Shown piece by piece: positions 56,633-64,000 of a stretch of 64,000 nt of DNA (position 1 is its first letter; each line of letters starts with the position of its first letter). Position numbers and translations under genes: made by a program. The stretch is taken from positions 189,989 through 253,988 of the forward strand of contig JBOEGD010000010.1 in NCBI GenBank assembly GCA_050633245.1, given 5' to 3'. Below the pieces are notes generated by a model. That model saw nothing but the letters and a program-made list of their open reading frames with translations. It did not search any database and had not been told where the DNA came from. Origin of the DNA: Calditrichia bacterium (GTDB lineage Bacteria; Calditrichota; Calditrichia; RBG-13-44-9; J075).

Positions 56633-57805
56633 TTAGTAATAGCGTTTTTTGCCAGAACGGCTTAACACTGCAACCAACTGGCGTAAACTATCAATATTAT
56701 GTGCCGGGGCAAAGACATCGATATACGGCATTGCTGCAGCCATTCCCTGCACGGTTGGCTGGAAGGCAGGATTTCCCGCGAGTGGGTTTAGCCAGATGAT
56801 CCGCGCAGCCTTTTTTTGCAAAAAAGCCATGTTCTCTGCAAGGATTTCTGTTTCTCCGGTATCCCAGCCATCACTTAAAATGAGCACGATTGTACGGTCA
56901 TCTATTAATCGAGGACTATAACTCTCGTTAAATTCGCGCAAAGATTCTCCAATACGCGTTCCACCAGACCATCCGGGGATTCGCTCCAACGCATCAAGCG
57001 CAGATCGCAATCCATCAGTTTGCAGTAAATCGGTAATCTGATAGAGCTTTGAGCTAAAGACGAATGTTTCCATTTGGCGAAAAACAGTTTGAAAGGCATA
57101 CATAAATTGGATTAGAAACTTGCTATACAGATCCATGGATTTACTGACATCACACAGCACGACCAACCGAAAGCGATGAATCTTGCGACGCCTGAAGGCC
57201 AAGTCGAATATATCACCTCCGCGACGCAAGTTAGTGCGAATGGTTCGTTTGATGTCCAGCCTACCATGCTGTCTCTTTTCATAGCGACGATTGTAGCGGT
57301 TCGCCAACGAACGGGCGATTACGGCAATAAGCTTCATGACTTCCTGCAGCTCATCCTCACTGAAAGTGCTGAAGTCCCGTTTGGTCAACACCTCAGCCGG
57401 GCTATAGGCAGCCATTTCTTCAATATCCTGCGCCTTGTTGCCGTATAACCAGTTTTGCAGGCTCTTTAAAGATGGTTTTGGCGGTGCAGCCTGGTTGTCA
57501 TCCTGCCGTGTTTCCGTTTCATCCTGTACTATCTTGGAGTCCTTAGCACAATCGTATTCTTGCCAGTACGCCCCGTATAGTTCGTCAAAACGCAGTAGAT
57601 CGGCTCGGCCTTTTACCAAAACGGTTCGCAGCGTAAGACGCAGGTTTTCACGGGAATCGAATGGCATAACGCACAGTGCTTCAAGAGCATCCACTTCATC
57701 CTGCGGGCCAAGAGGCATGCCCCTGACACGTAAAAATCGGCAAAGTGAAATGACCGTTTCGCTTAGAGAGGTTTTGCGCATAATAACATCATCGATACGC
57801 TGCAT
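56633..57805 (-). CDS. coxE: CoxE-like VWA domain protein
   Basis: LVVLCDVSKSMDLYS, WSGGTRIGESL, ILSDGWDTG, IIWLNPL. Confidence 0.92.
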   Translation of the reverse strand: MQRIDDVIMRKTSLSETVISLCRFLRVRGMPLGPQDEVDALEALCVMPFDSRENLRLTLRTVLVKGRADLLRFDELYGAYWQEYDCAKDSKIVQDETETRQDDNQAAPPKPSLKSLQNWLYGNKAQDIEEMAAYSPAEVLTKRDFSTFSEDELQEVMKLIAVIARSLANRYNRRYEKRQHGRLDIKRTIRTNLRRGGDIFDLAFRRRKIHRFRLVVLCDVSKSMDLYSKFLIQFMYAFQTVFRQMETFVFSSKLYQITDLLQTDGLRSALDALERIPGWSGGTRIGESLREFNESYSPRLIDDRTIVLILSDGWDTGETEILAENMAFLQKKAARIIWLNPLAGNPAFQPTVQGMAAAMPYIDVFAPAHNIDSLRQLVAVLSRSGKKRYY

Positions 57806-57807
57806 GC

Positions 57808-58701
57808 TTATCCAATCCGCGAGCGCACGCCCATGCGCTCGTAAAGTTCGGAGAGTGACATTTGAGTTTGACGAATATCCTGCCAGTCTTTTAGCACAAT
57901 ACCCAGAGTCTGTTCAATTATTTCTGTCTCAAGATGATCGAAGTGTAGTTCGGAAAGCGCCATCGCCCAATCAAGCGTCTCGGCAATTCCAGGTGTCTTT
58001 TCCAGCTTCTGCTTCCGTAGTTCCTGCATAAAATGGCAGATTTCTTCAGCAAGACGTTTGTTGATGTCAGGCACTTTTCCCATAACAATAGAAAGTTCTT
58101 TTGTATAATCAGGGTAATCGATCCAGAGGTAGAGACAGCGTCGGCGTAAGGCTTCAGATAGTTCGCGTACGCGATTGCTTGTGACAACAACATGAGGAAC
58201 ATAAGTTGCTTTAATGGTGCCCATTTCCGGGATGGTAATCTGCCAATCCGAAAGAATTTCCAACAAGAAACTTTCAAACTCAATATCTGAACGATCGACC
58301 TCATCAATGAGAAGTACAGGAGCTTTATGATGAGTTATAGCCTGAAGAAGCGGACGCTTCAGCAAAAACTGTTCACTGAAAATTGTAGCCTCTTTTTCCT
58401 CGACGGTCTTGCCGCTTTGTTCTTCGAGCTTGATGTGCAGTAGCTGTCGCTGATAGTTCCACTCATAAAGCGCATGGGTGGCGTCGAGCCCTTCATAACA
58501 CTGTAGGCGAATCAAATCTGTATCGAGTGCAGAAGACATGACTTTGGCTATCTCAGTTTTCCCTACTCCGGCTGGCCCTTCAATAAGCAGCGGTTTTCCG
58601 AGTTTCATTGCCAGAAAGGTAGACATAACAATACTGTCCTCGGTAATATAGCCTTGCGAGGCCAGCATGGTAGCAATTCGGTTGAGTTCTTTGTTGTTCA
58701 T
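57808..58701 (-). CDS. coxD: CoxD/MoxR-family AAA+ ATPase
   Basis: EGPAGVGKTE, RLQCYEGLD..ALYEWNY, LLIDEVDR, ELSEALRRRC, PGIAETLDW. Confidence 0.93.
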   Translation of the reverse strand: MNNKELNRIATMLASQGYITEDSIVMSTFLAMKLGKPLLIEGPAGVGKTEIAKVMSSALDTDLIRLQCYEGLDATHALYEWNYQRQLLHIKLEEQSGKTVEEKEATIFSEQFLLKRPLLQAITHHKAPVLLIDEVDRSDIEFESFLLEILSDWQITIPEMGTIKATYVPHVVVTSNRVRELSEALRRRCLYLWIDYPDYTKELSIVMGKVPDINKRLAEEICHFMQELRKQKLEKTPGIAETLDWAMALSELHFDHLETEIIEQTLGIVLKDWQDIRQTQMSLSELYERMGVRSRIG

Positions 58702-58703
58702 AT

Positions 58704-58740
58704 GAGTTCAAGGTTCAAGGTTCAAGGTTCTGAGTTTTGA
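58704..58740. repeat. Degenerate heptamer tandem repeat (GTTCAAG/GTTCTGA) abutting the coxD start
   Basis: GAGTTCAAGGTTCAAGGTTCAAGGTTCTGAGTTTTGA read directly. Confidence 0.85.
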
Positions 58741-58758
58741 ATAAGATAAAGGCAGAGG

Positions 58759-58886
58759 GGCAACAAGGCAACAAGGCAATTAGGCAACAAGGCAACAAGG
58801 CAACAAGGCAACAAGGCAACAAGGCAACAAGGCAACAAGGCAACAAGGCAACAAGGCAACAAGGCAACAAGGCAATTAGGCAAAAA
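58759..58886. repeat. Octamer tandem repeat (GGCAACAA) x16 with GGCAATTA variants, flanked by the 11-bp direct repeat ATAAAGGCAGA
   Basis: Read directly; direct repeats at 58746-58756 and 58887-58897. Confidence 0.97.
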
Positions 58887-58949
58887 ATAAAGGCAGAACA
58901 GAAGAGAAGAATCGGGCAAAGACTGCGAGGAAGTCAGGCAAGCAGAAAT

Positions 58950-58993
58950 AAGTCAGCAGCGCTGGCCTGGTTAAGGTTTAACGCTGCTGACTT
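58950..58993 (-). terminator. Stem-loop downstream of the cohesin gene
   Basis: AAGTCAGCAGCG...CGCTGCTGACTT 12-bp arms. Confidence 0.55.
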
Positions 58994-59012
58994 TCCATAT
59001 CAAATACTCAGG

Positions 59013-59834
59013 TTATTTCAGATAAACCATGCGCTTAATTTGCTGAAAGCTACCGCTGCTAAGTCGATAAACATAAACGCCGCTACTAACTGCAGCTCCA
59101 GCATCGTTTGTTGCATTCCAGCTGGTCTGAAAGCGCCCTGCCGCTAACTGCTCATCGACCAGCGTTTTGACCAGCTTACCGCTAATATCATAAATTTTAA
59201 GACTCACTACGCCACTCACGGGTAGCGCAAACTCAATGGTCGTTTCCGGATTGAAGGGATTCGGATAGTTTTGAGTTAGCATATAGTCTTGCGGAGCAGA
59301 GCTAAGCGGATCGATTGAGGTCGGAGGATCAATGGTCAACATCGTGTCACGAGCTGACAAAACTGGCAGCAAGTTTGTAAAAGCCGTCGAGGCCATTGCT
59401 GAATATTCCAGGTCTACCAGAGAGCTATAACCGCTGCTGCCAATGGCAACAAAGTCTATAGTAATCAGTGAAAAGGCTCCTGTTGCTCCATTTATGTTGG
59501 CGCCATTGAAAATAAGTTCTCCACTGGATGCATTTTGATCATTTACGACACCGGTAAATCCGGAAGCTATGCCGGAGTTGCCGACGTAGCTAACCGCTAG
59601 AGTATCCCATTTTAAAGAAGCGGTAAAACTACCCAGTTTGTCGTTTGGTGAGGGGCTGTCATTCATATCCACACCAACGGTTACGCTGAGAGTCTCATTT
59701 TGTCCGGGGGTTGCATCCGTTGGAACGGGAACAGATTTCACGTCACTGGCAAATAGAGGATTACTCATCATCCCAAACAGCAGGATTGGCAAGAGTCTGG
59801 TTTGAAATCGTTGAAATAAATTTATGATAGTCAT
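59013..59834 (-). CDS. Exported cohesin-domain protein with FlgD-Ig/T9SS-like C-terminal sorting domain
   Basis: Signal peptide; LGSFTASLKWD..VSY...GELIFNGA...LITIDF; LTQNYPNPFNPETTIEFALP...LKIYDISGKLVKTL...SSGVYVYRL...KRMVYLK. Confidence 0.88.
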   Translation of the reverse strand: MTIINLFQRFQTRLLPILLFGMMSNPLFASDVKSVPVPTDATPGQNETLSVTVGVDMNDSPSPNDKLGSFTASLKWDTLAVSYVGNSGIASGFTGVVNDQNASSGELIFNGANINGATGAFSLITIDFVAIGSSGYSSLVDLEYSAMASTAFTNLLPVLSARDTMLTIDPPTSIDPLSSAPQDYMLTQNYPNPFNPETTIEFALPVSGVVSLKIYDISGKLVKTLVDEQLAAGRFQTSWNATNDAGAAVSSGVYVYRLSSGSFQQIKRMVYLK

Positions 59835-59892
59835 GTTATATCCTTTTATGCGTTTTTATTCATCTATGAAGTTAACCTGGCTACTTAACACC

Positions 59893-62490
59893 CTATTGCG
59901 TACAAACGGCATAAGGAACAGGTAGCCCGGCATCGTATGTAAGCAGCACCAGCGCATCTGTGGAATTGGTAAGACCATCTCCATTCGTATCACCGCAACC
60001 ATTATTGATCAGATCCAGAATTCCCGGATCACTGATAGCTACTCCTGCATCATAGGCAAGCAAAATTAATGCATCTGTGGAATTACAAAGGCCATCTCCA
60101 TTAACGTCACCCAACCGGCACCCAGCCACAATTTCTACCAGCTTATCTATGGGGGCATTAAGGCATGGCAATAAGTTATCGAAGGTCTGTGAGGCTGCCA
60201 TTGCCGAGTATTCCAAATCCAAAAGGGTCGTATTACCTACGCTACCGACCGCTTTGAAAGTGACATCCAAAACTTGAATCAGTCCTCCTGCACCATTCGC
60301 ATTGGCACCATTAAAAATAATTTGACCAGGCGTCTGGTTAATTTGGCCGACAAAAGCGGAATTTAACGAAGCGGTTACATACTCAACAACAGCGGGATCA
60401 TACAACATTGAACCGGTAAAGCTGCCAAGTGAATCTGAAGGACTGGCGGCATTGCGCATATCAATCCAAACTGAATAATCTTCTTCCTGGCCTTCCCCAT
60501 GAGTAGAAGGGCCATTGACAGTTGAACGAACCACTCCTTGACAACCCACCCCTTGAACCACAGGAATTTTTATATTGGCGAAGGTCCAGGGACCACCATT
60601 GAGCGCAGTAACCGTAATCGTGCATTCAATTTCATGGCCTATCGGCACATTTGAATCTACTGCGAAAACAAATGGTGTATTATTCGTATCCTGCTGTGCG
60701 ACACCAATATTCCCATAGTTGATTGTAGTATCACCGATAAATCCATTCACATACGGGCTAAACTCTTCAACTGTTACCTCAACTCCAATGGCTTCGGTTG
60801 CACCATTAACACTGTTAAACAAGTCGATATGCCACTCAATGGTTTCACCGGGATTTACCTGCCCATCCCCGTTTCCATTGCTCTGCCCATTGTTGTCGTC
60901 ATCGTAAGACTGTCCGCCGAGGATAATCGTGGGGTTTCCAAGATTAAAATTTCCGTCGACGTAAATATCGAAGTCCGATCCGCCATCACGATTATCCGCC
61001 CAGGCAACGTAGGCTTCGTCTGATCCCCAGTCACTGGTAATACTTTTGAGAGCGCCACCAGTGCTGGCATCCTGTGTATCGTTGACTAACGTTGCAGGTA
61101 AGCTCCAACCGCTGGAAAGATCCTGAGGTCGGCTTAGATAGCGAACTGTTCCATCATCTCTTGTATAAGTGAGGTGCCAACTGACACCACCTTCATTCAT
61201 ATGAAGATGTGTTTGAAAGAGATCGAAATTATTTGAAATTAACGCTGTGCTTTGATTCCACGAGATTCCTTTATCAGTTGAATTCAGATATCTAAGGCGT
61301 TCGCGCGTCGGATTTCCACCCGAACTGGTATAGGTTACCATCACGTTTTCGGTATCCATGCTGCCGGCGATCTGTGGTTCAACTTCCTTGCCTTGTGGAG
61401 GAGTAATCTGCTCAATTGCCGCTTCGTTAGAAAAGGTCGCACCGCCATCATCGCTATAGACCAATTCAATCTGCTCTTGCGTTTCATTATAGGCAATGCA
61501 GTAAAGCCGTCCGCCAACCAACCCGGTACGTCCATAGGCGCCAGTTGCGTCAAGAAATTTATCTGGGGAGGTATTACCGAGAGCTGAAATACGCGAATAG
61601 CTTGAACCGAAGTTCGTGCTGCGAAATAAGGTGCCATTTACGTTAGTCGCAGAGCCAAGAACGTGGGCCTGTGTAATGATAAAAATGTCCCAAAGCCCCG
61701 TAAAAGGAGAGTCTGTCCAGACCACTGGCTTTACATAATCCCAATCAGCTATCTGACTTGGCACAATTAAATCATCAATTTGCTCGGTGGCCATGTCAAT
61801 TGTAGCAACTTCGATGTATTCATCACCTGAGCTATCCACTTCATACGCTACAATAATGCGGTCCTCTGTTCCTTCCCCAATAGCCAGGGATGGTGAGGCA
61901 AGACTAACAAACGGATCCGGGGTTGAGAATCCGATTACATAATCCCAGGAGAGCCCTCGTGTAGTAGACTTATAAACAACAATATCGTTTGTTGAAACAA
62001 CACTGCTTATATGAAAGGCAATATAGATGGTGCCATCTGAAGCGGTAGCCATCGAAGGCTGATTCTGTAGACCGATTAGATCCCTTACGGGCACATCGGT
62101 ATTCCATACATTTGGTATTGGTGGAGCAGGCGATGACGCCTCATAATTTACAATCGTGCTGCTTTCACGAACGACGACTTCTCCAAGAGCTTCCTCCCCT
62201 TCTCGTTCGGAATTCTGATCCTCTTGCTGCGCATTGATTTCATTGAGTGTTTCAAAATCTTCACTATGCTTGGCCTGGGCACGCTGAACGGCCAATTCCG
62301 ACAATGGCACCGGCTGAATACGTTGTATATATTCAGATGACTCTGGTTCCAAAATAATGTCTTCAGTCTGGTTAGTTGCTGTCCCCTTTTGCTGAGCCAG
62401 CAGGGTTGCGCTGAGAAGAACAAGCCACACCAAAAAGTGTTGAACAAATTTTCTCGCCTCATTCAGGGTTAACTGATTTTTTGAATCCAT
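59893..62490 (-). CDS. Exported protein with BNR/Asp-box (sialidase-like) propeller, Ig-like domain, cohesin and type I dockerin
   Basis: Asp-boxes STTRGLSW, STNFGSSY, SDDGGATF, STDKGISW; GNGDGQVNPGETI; cohesin LGSFTGSMLYDP; dockerin pair GDVNGDGLCNSTDALILL / GDTNGDGLTNSTDALVLL. Confidence 0.88.
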   Translation of the reverse strand: MDSKNQLTLNEARKFVQHFLVWLVLLSATLLAQQKGTATNQTEDIILEPESSEYIQRIQPVPLSELAVQRAQAKHSEDFETLNEINAQQEDQNSEREGEEALGEVVVRESSTIVNYEASSPAPPIPNVWNTDVPVRDLIGLQNQPSMATASDGTIYIAFHISSVVSTNDIVVYKSTTRGLSWDYVIGFSTPDPFVSLASPSLAIGEGTEDRIIVAYEVDSSGDEYIEVATIDMATEQIDDLIVPSQIADWDYVKPVVWTDSPFTGLWDIFIITQAHVLGSATNVNGTLFRSTNFGSSYSRISALGNTSPDKFLDATGAYGRTGLVGGRLYCIAYNETQEQIELVYSDDGGATFSNEAAIEQITPPQGKEVEPQIAGSMDTENVMVTYTSSGGNPTRERLRYLNSTDKGISWNQSTALISNNFDLFQTHLHMNEGGVSWHLTYTRDDGTVRYLSRPQDLSSGWSLPATLVNDTQDASTGGALKSITSDWGSDEAYVAWADNRDGGSDFDIYVDGNFNLGNPTIILGGQSYDDDNNGQSNGNGDGQVNPGETIEWHIDLFNSVNGATEAIGVEVTVEEFSPYVNGFIGDTTINYGNIGVAQQDTNNTPFVFAVDSNVPIGHEIECTITVTALNGGPWTFANIKIPVVQGVGCQGVVRSTVNGPSTHGEGQEEDYSVWIDMRNAASPSDSLGSFTGSMLYDPAVVEYVTASLNSAFVGQINQTPGQIIFNGANANGAGGLIQVLDVTFKAVGSVGNTTLLDLEYSAMAASQTFDNLLPCLNAPIDKLVEIVAGCRLGDVNGDGLCNSTDALILLAYDAGVAISDPGILDLINNGCGDTNGDGLTNSTDALVLLTYDAGLPVPYAVCTQ

Positions 62491-62764
62491 TAAAGACCTC
62501 CAAAAAGGATTGGTTTGACATAATTCCTATAATGATGAGCTTCCCAACATCCATCCAGTTCCAGCTATTTGGGTCTAATAACCTGTGTATAAATCAGATC
62601 TGATTGCATGCAGAGGTAACATATAACAGAGGGGTATTTCAGGACTAACAGTAGAACGACAAATTGTGTTGCGGAAACGTAACTTTGGCAGAATTGGAGG
62701 GGTTCTTGAAAAAAAAAGTGCAAAATCAGCGTCTGCTCAGTTCATAAAACAGAGCAACATGAAC

Positions 62765-63127
62765 TTACTTTTCAACTGCGATTGCATCCAAAACATCTTC
62801 TATTGGAAGGTCTTCGACAGCATTTTTTATCTTTTCAACCGTTTCATCGGCCTTTTCCGCTGCATCGCGAACATCTTCCACCACTTCTTTTACCTCTTCG
62901 ACTTTTTCTTTGCCTTTTTGAAAACCTTCGCGGATGCGCTTCATGTCCTCGGCCGGATCTTCACTGATCATCAGAAAAGACATTAGACCAAACGCCAGCA
63001 GCATTGTGCAGGTAATGGCGAACTTTACCAGCCTTTTCAGGATTCCAAAGGCAACTGAAAAGCAAAGAAAAGCACCAACGGCAAGATATGTTTGTGGTTG
63101 AAGCAGAAATTCCGGCATGTTGATCAT
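62765..63127 (-). CDS. Small membrane protein with charged helical tail
   Basis: Two TMs followed by a Glu/Lys-rich helix; GGAGG RBS. Confidence 0.7.
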   Translation of the reverse strand: MINMPEFLLQPQTYLAVGAFLCFSVAFGILKRLVKFAITCTMLLAFGLMSFLMISEDPAEDMKRIREGFQKGKEKVEEVKEVVEDVRDAAEKADETVEKIKNAVEDLPIEDVLDAIAVEK

Positions 63128-63204
63128 CCTCCGTGATAACGTAATTCGCCCGCTTCCTTGCGGCCCTAACAGAATAATCGGAGCTGAGAGGTCTTAGCTT
63201 GAAG

Positions 63205-63240
63205 AAAAAAAGGCCGTCCCGATTTCTCGGGACGGCCTTT
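63205..63240 (-). terminator. Intrinsic terminator downstream of the coxM-like gene
   Basis: AAAGGCCGTCCCGA-TTTC-TCGGGACGGCCTTT with a U-tail on the minus strand. Confidence 0.85.
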
Positions 63241-63266
63241 AGAAAAACAAACGATGTTATAAAGGA

Positions 63267-64000
63267 TCAGGCGTTCTTAATTGCCTGCATAATCGCTCGC
63301 TTGGCAAAAACACCAGCCAAGTGACGACGATACTCTTCAGACGCATAGTGATCACTCATGACATCGACACCGGCAGCAGAATTGGCAACAACAACTGCTA
63401 CTGAGGTTTCATCTGCAGACTGCCCGTTCAGTGCAGCTTCTACACCACTATCGCGAAATGCAGCGTTAGCAACGCCATTAAAAGCCACGCGTACATCCTT
63501 GCACACACCGTCATCAACCGTTACCATAGCGGCACAGCCTACCAGAGCAAAGCGTGATGCCGGCTGAGGAAACTTCGCATAGCTGCCACCCCGTCCATTC
63601 GGCGTGGAAGGAACACGAACCTGAGTAACGATCTCACCCTCATTAAGCGCAGTGTGATAAATATCGATGAAGAAGTCAGTCGCAGCTACAGTTCTGGGGC
63701 CACTACTGCCGCGCATCGTAACTTCGGCATCCAACGCAAGTAGCGCCGCCGGATAATCTGAAGCCGGATCGGCATGTGCAATACTACCACCCAAGGTGCC
63801 ACGATTGCGCACCTGAATATCGCCAATCCAACCGGCATTTTCGGCCAAAAGTGGAGCCTTCGACTTTACCAGATCGGAGTGTTCTATTGAAGCATGCGTT
63901 GTTGCCGCCCCAATGACCAAACCACCGCCATCTTCACGGATATAGCTCAGCTCGTCGATTTTTGAGATATCAATTAGCGCTGAAGGCTCACTCAATCGCA
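63267..64000 (-). CDS. coxM: Xanthine dehydrogenase/aerobic CODH family FAD-binding medium subunit (CoxM/CutM), 5'-truncated by the window
   Basis: IGAATTH, IGDIQVRNRGTLGGSIAHADPASD, YAKFPQPASRFAL, ASEEYRRHLA. Confidence 0.9.
   Translation of the reverse strand, partial: RLSEPSALIDISKIDELSYIREDGGGLVIGAATTHASIEHSDLVKSKAPLLAENAGWIGDIQVRNRGTLGGSIAHADPASDYPAALLALDAEVTMRGSSGPRTVAATDFFIDIYHTALNEGEIVTQVRVPSTPNGRGGSYAKFPQPASRFALVGCAAMVTVDDGVCKDVRVAFNGVANAAFRDSGVEAALNGQSADETSVAVVVANSAAGVDVMSDHYASEEYRRHLAGVFAKRAIMQAIKNA

Noticed and set aside
58737-59147. ORF with QQGNKATR repeats (and LLPCCLVA on the other strand)
   Set aside because: Translation of the octamer repeat; no RBS, and it overlaps the cohesin gene.

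Overview
Bacterial chromosomal window, probably from an FCB-group-like lineage such as Calditrichota. This is an inference from a QNYPNPFNP-type C-terminal sorting domain, bshC and nfeD-floA. The left half is mostly housekeeping and signalling: TetR-TolC; a membrane protein with a multi-PAS kinase and two NarL regulators; 3-hydroxyacyl-CoA dehydrogenase; a YfcC transporter; a giant coiled-coil PP2C phosphatase; a GAF-SpoIIE phosphatase; nfeD-floA, with a cryptic decayed floA paralogue in the gap; an ABC exporter; bshC; and a sigma-54 two-component operon. The most notable block is about 33-56.5 kb. It holds a T2SS/type IV-pilus-like cluster without PilT, with a sigma-54 activator inside it and a divergent XRE-pseudopilin operon. 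Directly downstream lie a sigma-54-like promoter with three evenly spaced palindromes, a signal-peptide fibre-like protein, and a ~2,900-aa Sec-exported SpvB/TcB-like RHS polymorphic toxin, followed by a candidate immunity gene. The right end has xanthine-dehydrogenase/CODH-family (cox) genes interrupted by a cohesin/dockerin gene pair and simple tandem repeats. No rRNA, tRNA, CRISPR array, integrase or transposase was seen.
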